DNA from: Trichosphaerium sp. ATCC 40318
Lineage: Eukaryota > Protista > Tubulinea
Direction: 5' to 3'
NCBI GenBank assembly: GCA_038496445.1
Contig: JALMLS010000479.1
Span: 1 to 64,000, forward strand
Length of the DNA stretch: 64,000 bases
Positions 38,558 through 51,180 of this stretch are shown here, piece after piece (position 1 is the stretch's first letter; each line of letters begins with the position of its first letter). Position numbers and translations under genes: made by a program. The notes below the pieces were generated by a model, which had not been told where the DNA came from, searched no databases, and worked only from the letters and a program-made list of their open reading frames with translations.

Positions 38558-38868
38558 AAAAAAAAGGAAGACAGGAAGAATCTCACAGTTGTACAGCAAA
38601 TTTTTAAAGAGTTGTCTTTCACAATAAACAAATAGAGTTTAAATGAATACCCGTTGGTTTTGAGTGGTAACAGTTCCCAACGGAAAGTAAGTTGAAGCGA
38701 CAATATAAAAATGTACTGCTGTATTTGACACATGCTATCGATAATCTACAAGGCCTTCAAACTGAAATTAGCCGAAGATTTATGTCGTTTTTACTTTTCG
38801 GTTCATATTTCCACGTCATTTGACAACGCAACACCTCTCTTATATCTACTGAATTAGACAATTAACAC

Positions 38869-39576
38869 ATGAAAGAATTAGCGGCTTTAATTTGGATAGC
38901 TTTATTTGTTGTTGTTTCAGGCCACGGCCGTCTTACTGTGCCGACAACACGTGATATGCAGGCTGGTAAACCGATTTATCAAATGCATGCTCCAGTGCTT
39001 CCAGTAGGCGGACAATTTACTTCATAACACCGCTGCAGAGATATCCCTTTCCATGGAGTTACTACAACATGGATTGCGGGCGAAACGTACAAAACGGAAT
39101 GGTTTTTCGAGTCAGCTCATCCAGGAGACTGCTTTTTCTATCTTTCCTTTGATGATGAAAAAACGTGGATGAAGATAGCCCAGATAAGAGATTGCCACCT
39201 CATAACTTCTTATGATCTTCTTATACCTGAATGGGTACCTAACGGCGATAAAGTAGTATTAAGATGGGAATGGTACACTCTACAACAAGTAGTAAACATA
39301 GAGTTTTATCTTCAGTGTGCTGATGTCAAGATTGTTGGCGGTCAACCCGGACAAGTAAGGTGGGATCCAGTTGTTACTATCCCAGGAAACCTACCACTAG
39401 ACACCAGCAAATACAGAAAGGTTTACGAACCTAATGCTCCATTTTTCTTCACTGGTCCGGCAATGGCTCGTCCTATTAGTCTCAAACAAGTCAACGAAAA
39501 TATTGGAGAAATTAAGTCGATAGACGTGGGAAGTCTTGAAAACAGCCTCATGGAAGGAAAGATGCTTCTATTCTAA
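38869..39576 (+). pseudogene. Lytic polysaccharide monooxygenase (His-brace LPMO) with one in-frame TAA, running into a MORN module
   Basis: Signal peptide MKELAALIWIALFVVVSG then His1 (HGRLTVPTTR), second His (SAHPGDCFFYLS), VLRWEWY, EFYLQCADVKI, FTGP. TAA at 39025-39027 is in the same frame as the 39169 ORF. Confidence 0.85.
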
Positions 39577-40009
39577 TGATAAACAACATGGAGAATACAG
39601 GTTTTGGTATTCAGATGGAAGCAATTGCCTGGTCAGTCATTTTGTCCATGGTAGCAGAGAAGGGGAATACAAGCAATGGTACAAAACTGGTACTTTGAAC
39701 TTGGAGTATCACTATGTCAATGATAAACCGGAAGGAGTATTTAAGAATATGTATCCAAATGGACAATGCTGGAAACTATATAATTGTGTGAATGGTAACC
39801 TTGAGGGTAAGTTCGAGGAATGGCACTTCAATGGTCAATTGAAGAAACAGACTAACTATGTTGAGGATGATCTTGAAGGTGAGTATAAAGAATGGCACGA
39901 GAACGGTCAACTGATGAAGCAAGGCACTTATGTCAAAGGTAAAGAAACCGGACAATACAAGGAGTGGAATGACGCTGGAGAACTGAAAGTACACCGCAAC
40001 CTTGTATAA
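39536..40009 (+). pseudogene. MORN-variant repeat array, frameshifted continuation of the LPMO frame
   Basis: Repeats HGEYRFWYSDG, EGEYKQWYKTG, EGKFEEWHFNGQLKK, EGEYKEWHENGQLMKQGTY. No F-box N-terminus of its own; overlaps the end of the LPMO frame. Confidence 0.75.
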
Positions 40010-40532
40010 TTGCTTAGTTGTATAAAATAAATTGTGGATTGATTTTGTTGTTATTTACTTTAGGATGTTAACCTTTGTTGCTTTGTGACCAGGCTTGTTT
40101 AAATCAATCAAATTGAAACATAACCTTGGAAGCGTTGCTTTGTTGTTACGCTTAGTAAGCGAATTGCAACTGTGCTGACATTTGAAGGGATAAATCAGCA
40201 AACTAAATAAGGAAAGCTTAACGTTGAACTTACACCCTTTTCCTTATGCATAATATTTATGTTAAGACTTTAGTAATTTCAATGGAGTGTTTCTGGTTTG
40301 TAAGAGTATAGTAGACCACAGATTTTCTTCAATAGACTTCGCGTGACTTCATGAAACTTAAACAGTGTCAAAAATGTCAAGTTGTTAACAAGTGAACCCC
40401 AATATGTGGTAGTCTTCACGAACAATCACGAAACCAATAACTGAATGTAGGAAACACGGAAAGACCGTGGAGTATTCATTGAGCCAAAGAGCGTACATTG
40501 TATTTAACAAATTTAAGTAATTACGCAAAGCA

Positions 40533-40760
40533 TTGCAACATCTCTCGTACAACATGCAAGACTGTTGGTTTAACGTATTTAAATACATGGATTTGGATTC
40601 TAAACATGCGTCATGGTATGTCTCGCATTTATTCGCTTATTACTCGAAAAGAGAGCCAGATGTAGTTAAAAGAGATATGGATGATGTCTTTGGATGCATT
40701 CAATCATACATGATAACAGGAAATTGCCTATTGGTAATGAGTTGTAACCGTGGCTATTAA
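40533..40760 (+). pseudogene. Degenerate F-box-like fragment
   Basis: LQHLSYNMQDCWFNVFKYMDLDSKHASWYVSHLFAYY follows the F-box pattern; the frame ends soon after. Confidence 0.4.
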
Positions 40761-41251
40761 AACATCCGTTTAAACTTGTATTGCCTTGTAGTTATCACTT
40801 GGACGAAGTGCATCTTGTTTTTAAATAAATGCAGATTAAAGGAAAAGTTGTATGGCATTTATCGTACTCAACACCTCTTAAGGCTCATGTTCCTATGGAC
40901 ATCTTACTATGTATAATTGTTTAACTGAGTGATATAACAGTATTTTAAAGACTTGCTTTTGGTGGAGGCGCGTTAAAAAGCGTTATACTTGCTACGGAAT
41001 AACATCCTTGAACCACTATCATTGAGGGAAGGCGTACAGAGAGAGGGTTTTGATAAAACACTTTATTACGTTGCTAAGGGAACAAGCCAAAAACTGTCAT
41101 TAGGTTCTCTTTACATCTTTGGCGCTAGTACCGCAAAGTTTCATATTGGCTGTAGCAGGTTTATCAACAGCAATATCTTTTTCATTCATTCGCACATAAG
41201 TGTCCTAGAAAAAAATAAGAATTGAAACTTTTCTTGTACAAACAAATGCTA

Positions 41252-42509
41252 TTAACGTACATAGAATCGACTATCGCGATCACAACTATATACTGCCTGA
41301 GGGATTGGTTTTCCATGTGAATTCTTGAAGTTAGACGCAGGATTTATACAATTGCTTGTGAATTCAAGCAGTAATTCTGATAACTTCTCGTTATTATTGA
41401 TTTGGGACATACTCCATGCCAAGTGATTGCCATCTCTGTTACAAGCAGAAATTACCATCGTACCACCAACAGTGGTTAGGTAGTCAGCTATAAATTAAGA
41501 AAAAAGTGAGAACGTAAGGTGCTTAAACACGTGATTTTTAAACTCTTTTTTTACTTACCTACTAGCTCAACGAATGCTTCAGATTCAGTTTTCTGGCTTT
41601 TGTAAGCCTTTGATACAAGATCTGTCAAGATCTTGAAGTCTGCTGTCTTGTTACCCTTTAATAAACCTGGTAGTTTTTTCACCTCCCAGAACTTTCTTGC
41701 GTAAGCACTAATACCTATAAAGAATAAGTTACGTGTCTATTTACAGGTGTTAATACACTCAAGGCTGTACCTGTTTTTAACCTAATTTTATCAGTTGCAG
41801 CTGATAAAATTTTAGCTGTTACAAATGTACGCCATTCTACCTCAGGAACTTCGTTTTTACCACCTTCTTTTGTAGCAAGTTGGAATGTATCACCAACAAT
41901 AGAAAGAGTTGTTGCAATAGGAGATCCAATATCAGGTATGAGCGATATAAGTGATTTGAAAATACCAAAAATAAATAGAGCTGTATTATCTTGTGATTGT
42001 TTCGGAGGAGCAGGATCTTTTTGAGAGAAAACCGACTGGAACTTATCCAAATTAGACGCATCACGTTCATAAGCATACACAAAAGGTTCTAAAAGGTAGT
42101 CATATAAATCAGCAGAATTGATGCCTTTAGTCCCTGCATCTGTTGCCATACGATGAGTTAACTCAACGAGTGCGTCGTCTAGTGCCTTTCTTTCTTTGTT
42201 TGCATAAGCGGAAGCACGTGGGCACATTTTTTTAGAAAACGGGTATGTATTCGCGTGGCCGATAGGAGGAGCTGGGCAGAAGCATCTTTGTCGTAATGAA
42301 CATGTTCCTTGGCAACGACCGTTTTTTATATCCTGCGAGCAGCAAAGCTTCTTTTCAGGTGAAGAATTCCATGTGATACCGCAAGAAGCGCATTTGGTGT
42401 AGCATTGAGCTTCTGGCTCTGGTACGCTCTGCAAAGGGTGCAAATGATTTATGCACACCACGGATGCTATTAGTAGGAGTAATAGAGGAGCTGTGGCGTT
42501 GTAGAACAT
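41252..42509 (-). CDS. Secreted protein: Cys-rich N-terminal module plus helical domain, multi-exon; 3' end uncertain
   Basis: Signal peptide; Cys-rich module (CYTKCASC..CC..C..C..CFC); amphipathic stretch ALFIFGIFKSLISLIPDIGSPIATTLSIVGDTFQL; further exons at ~41560-41714 and ~41252-41489. Confidence 0.65.
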
Positions 42510-42949
42510 CGTTTAGCTTAAAACTAGTAAATGGGCTTAAGAAAATTCATGTGCACTTTATTGCGCTTCAAAAGCACATAGTTGTTACAGTCACGTGTTT
42601 GGAAGGGACTTTTTTAAGTCTAGAAAATACCTTCCTATCAATATAGGAACAGTGCATCAACGTACGTTGGTGGGACAGGGCGCCACAACAGTGGATACTA
42701 CTCTCAACAAAGCTGTTTTAATTTTCGATTCAATTAAATCTTCCTTTTAATACAGGAAGAGAAGTACCATACAACAGCTGAGTAAGATACCCTGAGAACT
42801 AGCACGCTAATGAAACTGCCTGGGCCATACATATGGATCTCGCAAGTACTTTGAGAAAGCGCAAGGTCAAAACCACAATAACCTTGCAGATTTTTAAGTA
42901 AGTGAAAAAATCAAGAGCAAAATATGCAAACTGCTATTTCGTTCAAGAA

Positions 42950-43095
42950 AGGTAAGAACTACCAGAACTGTAAGATCTGTCACGTTTGAGTGAGCTTTTA
43001 CCCGTCAAAAGCCTCAGTTCTGACAGTTCTGTCACAAGTTGGACAAGCTTGAAGATTGGTAAAATCTGTCAAATCTCAAGCTGTACCTGCAGATA
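42950..43095 (-). pseudogene. Possible LRR remnant
   Basis: Fragments LTDFTNLQAC, VTELSELRLLTG and SNVTDLTVLVVL in shifting frames. Confidence 0.3.
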
Positions 43096-43256
43096 TGTAC
43101 ATTCTTGGTTTTCTCCGCAAACTTGCTTGCGACGGACAATAAACTAGTATTGCGGCTTATATAAAACATATGGAGTAGCATTGACGCTCTAAGAATGTAT
43201 CAGATGCTTTAACTAGAGCCATAACAAGTACACAGTAGAATGGATAGAATTTTATA

Positions 43257-43865
43257 TTAAAGTACTTCTGTCTTTACATGCATTCTAACTAATCCATCCA
43301 AGAGACCTTCATTCAGGAAATCTTCAAAACAACAAGTAACAGGCTCATTTGAGTCAGAAAAAGCACCAACAGTGCTTTCAACAGCCTCGTATCTTACAAG
43401 GCAAGGTGGATGAAATAGCTTGAATCTTTGGCGTGAAATGTCTTGATTGGCATAAACATACTCCACAATAACATCATTTGCTATTCTAGATGGATTTGAA
43501 TAAAGGACAAGGTCATTAGGACTCGATATAACGTTGCGTATGGTGGCATAGTCGTTTTGATCAGAAGAAAAACCCCATTTGATGGGTGCGTTTTCTCCAT
43601 CATTCATTAAAGATCTAATAGCCTTCAATGTAATGTTACATCCTACTACAACAAAGTGCGGTCCTTGTCTTGAATCACAACGGGAAGCAATAAGCGTACA
43701 TCCATCACCAAACTTCGATGCAACGCGATTGCAATGCGAATAGCTGATATTTGGCTGAAAACCAACGTAAAAGAAAGTTTCGGCGTCTAGAGCTAATGTA
43801 GCGGTAGTACTAGCACATAGAAGTGAGAATATAGCAATCAGGATAAGTTGCGTGTGTTTTGACAT
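43257..43865 (-). CDS. Secreted hypothetical protein, 202 aa, intronless
   Basis: Signal peptide MSKHTQLILIAIFSLLCASTTA; several Cys; no recognised family. Confidence 0.7.
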   Translation of the reverse strand: MSKHTQLILIAIFSLLCASTTATLALDAETFFYVGFQPNISYSHCNRVASKFGDGCTLIASRCDSRQGPHFVVVGCNITLKAIRSLMNDGENAPIKWGFSSDQNDYATIRNVISSPNDLVLYSNPSRIANDVIVEYVYANQDISRQRFKLFHPPCLVRYEAVESTVGAFSDSNEPVTCCFEDFLNEGLLDGLVRMHVKTEVL

Positions 43866-44332
43866 GATTTAATCCTTTAGCTAAGGTCGCATTCCAAAAA
43901 TAGACTTTGCACGAATTCGTGTTTAAAGAAGGTCTTTCTACTTTTGTAAATTTAATGCAACAAAGTTCAATCTGCTTTCTGGTAGGATATGTTATCGATT
44001 TAAAGTGTATACAGCTGAACAATAGGAGCACCTTTTATTAACTTTAGATCTAGTGCTGTTTCTTGTATTTTTATAAGTCACCCTGTAGTACATGGCTGCG
44101 TCTCAACGTTCATAATGTACATTTAAACTGTAGTGCTCTAGTGAGCCAAAAGACTTTATAGGTCTTCCAAAAAGGAATATCGTTGTGTTAAAAGAAAATA
44201 GAGTTGGGCCTTACAGCTTTCTTCGCGAAACGTGTTCTCTGAATGTACCCAAATAAAACGTAAAACTACAACAGTGGTCGCTTATCTTTACTTTAAGGTT
44301 TTTGAACCTTTGTTACGTTTCAGACACTTGTA

Positions 44333-44344
44333 TATCACGTGATA
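44333..44344. promoter_or_regulatory. Palindromic E-box TATCACGTGATA upstream of an F-box-MORN gene (also at 54488-54499)
   Basis: The same 12-bp palindrome lies ~55 nt before the MKH start codon in both paralogs, while nearby upstream sequence diverges. Confidence 0.45.
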
Positions 44345-44398
44345 ACGTGGTACTTTATCTTTAAAATCGGTTATAACCACTTATCGTTGTTTAGGGAA

Positions 44399-45390
44399 AT
44401 GAAGCATTGTTTTCTTTTTAGCCTCCCAGTGGAGCTTCACCTTTGTATTATCGATATTGACAACGAACTTTATGTTAAATGGCCAATATTGTCAAAACAT
44501 ACGGCAATAACAACGAGATTTGATGGTGAGTTGAATAAACACGGAAAATGGATAAAACACGTGCCACAAAGCAAAATCAAAAAAAAGGACGACAACGAAG
44601 CCATATATTCGCCTGCACGACATTTTACACTCGGTGAGCGTAATCGAGAGCATAGTGAGCGTCAGGAAAAGGATAAAAATTTCGAAAAGTGGTTTAAGAG
44701 CACCAAAAAGGACGATTACGAAGCTAAACAGTTGGCTGTACAACATTGGATACACGGTGAGCGTCATGGTAAGTTCGAAGAGTGGTTTAAAAACGGCAGG
44801 CTAAAAATACGGTGTACTTATCACAATGACAAGTTTGAAGGAAAGTATGAGGAGTGGCACTACGAAGGTACAATGGTAAAAAATTGTTGTTATGTTTTGG
44901 GTGATTTACACGGAAAGTACTTTGAAAGGAGGAAAAAAAATCCAAATTGGGTGACGCACTGTACTTACGTTAAAGGCAAGAAAGAAGGGCAATATAAGGA
45001 GTATTACAAAGAAGAGTTGCTCAAAGAATGTCATTATACTGGTGGTGACTTGAACGGAGAATACAAAGAGTGGCATACCAATTCTAGGCAATTGGCAGTA
45101 CATTGCTTTTATGTCAATGGTCTTTTAAATAAAGAGTATGAAGAGTGGAGTCGTTCTGGCCAGATAGTCAAGCGCCATGTTTACGTCAATGGAAAGTAAA
45201 CGGAACAAGGTGAATTAAAAGTATATTGCGGTTGATATTTTGTGTGGAGAGTACAAAGAGTGGCATCGCACCAGTGAATGTAGCAAACATTGGTTGTGTT
45301 AATGATAAGTTACACGGAAAATACAAGAAATGGACCAATTTGGAGGTTTGCATATACATGACGTTTATGATAACGGTACTCTAATATCTG
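44399..45390 (+). pseudogene. F-box-like + MORN-variant repeat protein, truncated paralog of 54507
   Basis: N-terminus nearly identical to the 54507 gene (MKHCFLFSLPVELHLCIIDIDNELYVKWPILSK). Degenerate internal duplication at ~44580-44790. AAA>TAA at 45197-45199, then deleted and frameshifted repeats to ~45390. Confidence 0.85.
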
Positions 45391-45999
45391 GCATCACCAA
45401 GCAACATACAAAAATAAAAATAATCTGTTTGAGAACAAAGTACAGCGGTTTTCCTACAGAATTGTCAGATCCAGTAGTACCAAATCTGCTTTTCTTTTGT
45501 TGCAAGGGCACTTGTTGCCACTATTTTCAGTAATTTTATTATCAAACACTACAACAGGTGGCAACTGGGATTATTGAATATGATCCACGTTTACTTGATG
45601 TTGAAGGTACTAAGAAAACATTTTACCTGTTTGTGATTTAGTGCAACGTTCACGTTGACACATGAACTTTTGAGCTGGAAAACCAGTTGTCAAATACATT
45701 AAGCCGTTTCTACACAAATTTAATATTAATGCTGTGTGGATGGTGGCGTATGTACATACCGGAATATTTCTTGCATGAAATTATAATTGGGCTTGCTGTC
45801 AGACTTCAACTTGCGTAAGAAAAGTACTCTTCGAAAGCCTCTGTGTTTTTGTAAGTATGACCATAAGGACTACAAAAGCAAGGGCGTACTCGGAAAACCT
45901 TTCGTTATGGCTTCGACAGTCGTGTTTCTCTTTATCCTCACAGCTTTTAAACCTCGCAACATATTGATAACAACCCAACAAAGACTACAGAACACAACC

Positions 46000-46110
46000 A
46001 TGAACAGAACAAAGCGCACGACACAGAACTGCACGCAATACAAACCTCACAATATCGAGCTTCTAGACATTCCTACAGAGATAATCGCTAAAAAGCGCAG
46101 GCATGCATAG
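46000..46110 (+). pseudogene. F-box start fragment
   Basis: MNRTKR...IELLDIPTEII resembles MDLLAIPIEMV of the 8940 gene, then stops. Confidence 0.35.
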
Positions 46111-47019
46111 CTGTAGGGTGAAGGTAGTTAAAACGTTTTAGTCTTGTTTCTCATTATTTTCTTGTTCAATTAACTAAGAATCTACACCTCCATCTTAGAT
46201 ACTTTTTGACTTAAGCGAATTAAGTGGGTATGATTTGTAAGAAATCACGTGATAATTAATTTCCATACACACGCGATTAATGGTGTTAAAGACTACAGCA
46301 ACCAGGCTCATTTTCGTTTGCTTTTGTTGACAATTAAAAGAAAAAAAGAAAATAGAAAAACACGGAGTGTGACTTTGATGTGTCTTTAGTTCCCTCCTAC
46401 GTGGTGTTAATACCTTCTTCCGTTGCAAAGGTTCTTCGTCCAAATAAAATGTCCTAGCTTTAACTGAAATACAACACCACATGACGTTATAAACAGATCA
46501 ATAACTGTTCAAAGAATATTTCCCCGACTCACAAAAGGGTAATTTATCATATACCATGAAGTTTGCTTCAACTGCACTTTGTTTATGTTTAGGTGGGTAT
46601 ACTTACCTCGTTATAACTGACTAATACGCCCACCCAGCTATTTTCAACCTTACATTCGTTGAAGGACAGCTAACGGTGGAGTACTTTTGGACAGGAAACG
46701 TTCGTAGTTCATTTTGCTTGGTTGGTGGTTTGTAATTAAACTTAGGCAATCGATGACCGTTTCGGCTGTGCTGGAAACTGGTACGTGGATATTACAAATT
46801 ACAATTTTGCTCCTGTGTTTGGATAGGTGCTTTTTTTCGTGAAGGAAAATCTGGAAGTACTTGCTGGTAGTTTTTCTCATCATTCGTTGAAAATTTCCTA
46901 TAGGACATATTCCATGTCCAGCAACTCAATTCGTTGGGAGAAAAAGAATTTCCAAAATACTTCCAGATTTCTTCCAGATTTTCCCTTTTTGCGTTGTAAA
47001 GAGCTTTTCATCGAAATAA

Positions 47020-49576
47020 GAGGTTGAGAAGCAAGACAACTCTGGGTTTATCACTTTGCTTGTTTTGAAGCTCAGTAATAATATTAACAACTATTCTAGG
47101 GAATGTACACCACCAGGTTGTAGCCCTCCGCCAACCTCTAATTTTGGCGTACGTACAACTCTAAATAGGGAGAAAAAAAACGCCAAATAAACAAAAAGCT
47201 GATGTATGTTTCTTGCTTTAGGTTGCAATCTTTAGGCTATCTGAAACCTCCTCTGTGAGTATTCGCGGAACTTTCACCGTAGCGCCGCTATTTCGGGAAC
47301 CTTCAGCAGGTACACGATGGCTACAATCTCAACCTGTTTACAACGAACCTCAAAATCTTTCTTACCTTTATTCTATGTAGGTGATGTAAACATTGAATTA
47401 ACAGCCGCCACAGAAGTACAACTTTATTTTAGAGAAAAAACTAAACTAGTTTTGTTTGTAGGTCACCTTAGCTTCCTTCCTTGGAGCGCCTATGGTTGGA
47501 TTTAACTTCTTCTATGTTGGTTCACAGACATGCACCCTTAGATTTTCAGGTTCTGTATTCAATCCAGACTCTTTATCTTTAGAAAGAGGTACACTTCTAT
47601 CTATATACTACGTTGTACAATTGTGCTAACAAAAAACCTCAAGGTACAAGCGGTACTTTGCGATTCCACTCTACGGGTGGAGTCAATCTTGATTTTTTGG
47701 CTGGACCTTACATGGTTCCTATGATGTTCAATCACATTCAGGTGCCTGGATTCGAGCCTGTGTACATCTTAAAGTACCTTTTTTTTACTCATTATTTTGT
47801 GCTAATTTTTTTCCAAGGCGAACAGTCATTGACGATAGTATTGTTGTACTTGGCACTGGTCTTGAAAAGAGGCAAATCATATTTCGATCGGAATCAACAG
47901 GCCTTGTATCAGCGTTTTTCGATTTTCGTATGACTGAAAGCTTGGACAAAACAGGAATCTATCCAACTGAAGTGTATGCAGAAAAGGATACAGATTTGCT
48001 CTCTTTCACTTCAGAGTCTGGTTTTGTTGCCACTGTGGATGGCAGTCCTTTTATTATCAAACAGTCAAGAGAATCTGTGATTGGCGGAAACTGGATGTTT
48101 ACATCAGAAGGATCACTTCAACTACTTGGTCAAGGTGTAAGTACTTTCTTTACTTTATTTTATTCGTACCTGTTCTTACAACTCTTTAGAGCTGTAGTTT
48201 TGAAGGTATATTTATCGGAGCCTCCTCTACAAAACGGTCTTCAGGTGCTCAAGGACAACTTGTTGTATCATCGCCCATTGTCACATTCACCGCTTCATCA
48301 CAACTACAAAACATGGAAGGTATTGTAAAAGTCAGTGTATCTATTTATTAATAATTGCGAAACTAGTTGTTGTGATGCATGATAGAGTTGATGATGAAAC
48401 TCGTCTTTCTTTTGAAACAAACAACATCAATGGCTTGTCAATAGATGCAAGAAGCCAAACTCGTATTTTATCTTCACTTGATCTAAGCTTTGTACGTTAA
48501 CAAATAATACACTTTGTGACTTACACATTTGAAGGCATGCTTAAATGCACCTGATTCCAGCGATCTTACTCTGGATAATGTCGATGTCATAACAGGTATC
48601 GCTGAAGGAAATAGCATTGTACTTGATGGATCCAAAGTGCGTATAAATAGCCGTTTTCATTGTTCGCTAATGTTTAACAGCTCACGATTACAAATACAAA
48701 TGAAAACCTGAATGGCATTACTTTTAATACAATCCAAAGTGAGTTGATAGTTGACACTTCAACCACTCAAACATACAGTAATATGGGGTACGCACACTAC
48801 TCAACACGCTTGTATATAGTTGACTGTTACACAGAGTAAATATGATGGGACCAGGTATTCTCCGTATTCGTCAAGGAAATCATCAAGTTTCCAACCTTGA
48901 GGCTGGTTCTAGAGTTGTGATTGAAGCGGGTCAGATAACGATTGATCAGTCAATTCTATCAAACAACATAATGATTACCAGTACATCAACTGCTCCAATG
49001 AGGAAGGTTGAGGCGATGTTACCACTAACTGGGCCGTTAAATCTGGACGTAGAGTCTGATCTTGATTTCTCGGGCGACGTTACATTTAGGCATGTGTCAG
49101 TAGTAGTTTTTGCTTGCTACGTCGTTTCTCACATCCTTTTTAGTGGTGATACTAACATACGCTTGTATTTTGAAATGGGAGTGTTGCAAGGAATTGTAAA
49201 TGTTGTTGGTGTATGTGAGTACTTAGATGGAAAACGTTAATGTGATGTTTAGGTATGGAACCTTGAAGTACCTATCAATGTTGAAATAGTACTCTCTGAT
49301 GGTATAGTGCCCTCAGGACGGGTAGCCATTGCAACAAATAAAATGGGACAATTTATGGGCGTGCCAGGAAATGTGGTATGTCCATCATGTCCAATGACAC
49401 CATCTATTACTGTTTGTACAGCATCAATTGCTATAAATTTCGGTACACATCAAACTTATTTGCTGTCAGCTTACGATCCAGTAGGACCGACTAGAACAAC
49501 AATGTGTACTGAAAAGAGAGCCCAAAGGAACCAACGAATGTGGCTTGCAATACGTGAAACACGTGCGAAACGTTAG
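47020..49576 (+). CDS. Large beta-rich, probably secreted/surface protein, many exons; 5' end uncertain
   Basis: Continuous spliceable exons (CTPPGCSPPP.., GTLRFHSTGG.., MMGPGILRIRQGNHQV.., CPSCPMTPSITVC..) ending CTEKRAQRNQRMWLAIRETRAKR*. Close paralog at 62727-64000. Confidence 0.7.
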
Positions 49577-51180
49577 TGATTTTACAAACATCAGCCTTTG
49601 AAAAAACACAAATTAACATTGGCTGTAACTTTCCTAAGTAAAAAGAATGAAAGTTTACAAACAATAAGTTTATTGTATAAAGTTTTATATTATAATTATG
49701 TTGTCATAGTTGAAATTGCAGTAGTTGGCATTCACGTTCTACTTGATGTTGAAGCTACAAAGTTAATAACATGTTAAGCCATGAAAATGTAATACTATCA
49801 AAGTATAAATCTATGTTGCTGCAAAATACAAAGTGTTTGACTTGCCTGATTTCCAAATAGCTGGCAGTACCTATTAGTAAGCCTGTATTGCTAGTTTACA
49901 AGTCAAACTGAATTAATTGGTAGCAGTACATGCCTGGTCAAGCGTGGCAGGTAAAAGAGCCTCATGACTTGATTCATCATTGCTTCTATATTAACTACTG
50001 GACGTGATTGTCTTTGTAACATGGTACAACTCAAGTACAAAGTGTTTATGAATTTCCCACGCCCAGCCAAAACGCTCTACTGGCATCTGTATGACCCCAG
50101 TATTGAAAGTAACCTTACAAGGTACCCTGCTACACATGTCACTGAAGCGCCTTCAAACCGCTTTCTTTTCTAAACTCCGTTGCAGATCTGGCCCATACTG
50201 CTCACATTAAAATGCTCATATAGCACGCGTCAGATCACTGGAATATGAATATTATTCTGGACTGGCTGATACTACGTGCCAACACACCAGCTACAAGTAC
50301 GAGCCAAAAACTTTGCACTAGCCCTGTTCCCAGATGCCACTAAAGTAGGTTCCTTGTACTGATGCGCATGGTATGGCTGGAGTACAACAACATATGTCAT
50401 TGAGGCTGAAGCCTTATTTCCCAGTACAAACATGAGAGCCTTACGATCAAATTTACCAAAAACTGTATTCGAACTTTGTTGGCTTTTATAGCCTAACCAC
50501 ACGATTAACGCTAGCAGTGCAACTCCAGTATGCCCTTGATGGGCAAGGAGTGCAAATAATAAAAGTAAAGTGTTGCTTCTATATTTCACGTTCCTCATCG
50601 AAGCCTTATTTACAAAAATAAATAAAGACTACAAAAGGATTATACAGTGGAGGTGGTTGATTGTACAGCGCTGGAGGGTTCGGTGGCTACATTTGGCATT
50701 GGTGCGCTACTTTTACAGCACCGTCAACGGTGTACTAAATAACCAAGACCCATGATAGGACGCCTAGTCATGAGTTCCAACCAGGACTAAGTTTATTGAC
50801 ATCCGGCAAACCAGCCGGAATTGGTGCAATGGATGGCCGGTCGAGAATAATAGCCAGCAAAAGAGCCGGAAAAACAACATCTCAGTGATAGGAAAAAAAA
50901 ATTATCGAAACAAAAGTTTATCGCTAATCTGAGTCAATTCCAGCAACTACTTGGTCTGTAGTCGTTGATCAACGTAAGACACAACTAGACGGACTGAAAG
51001 TGCTTCGGAACGGTAGGTACAATGTTTTTATTGTTTGAAAACAAAGATACAAAGTTTCGTTGAAACATGATAGTGCAATCCTATAAATAGCAGCAAGTCA
51101 TTAAGTTATAAATCCAAGTACCAAAAAGTGTCTGTTTGCACATCCTTCGCATCAACAACTGTTCACGCATAAGACTACGT

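Noticed and set aside
46560-46950. 77-aa minus-strand ORF 46650-46883
   Set aside because: No recognisable motif or convincing gene structure.
49850-50900. Possible transposase or reverse-transcriptase remnant
   Set aside because: Only weak fragments (e.g. ALFPDATKVG on +, TGVIQ on -) and no ordered catalytic motifs or terminal repeats.
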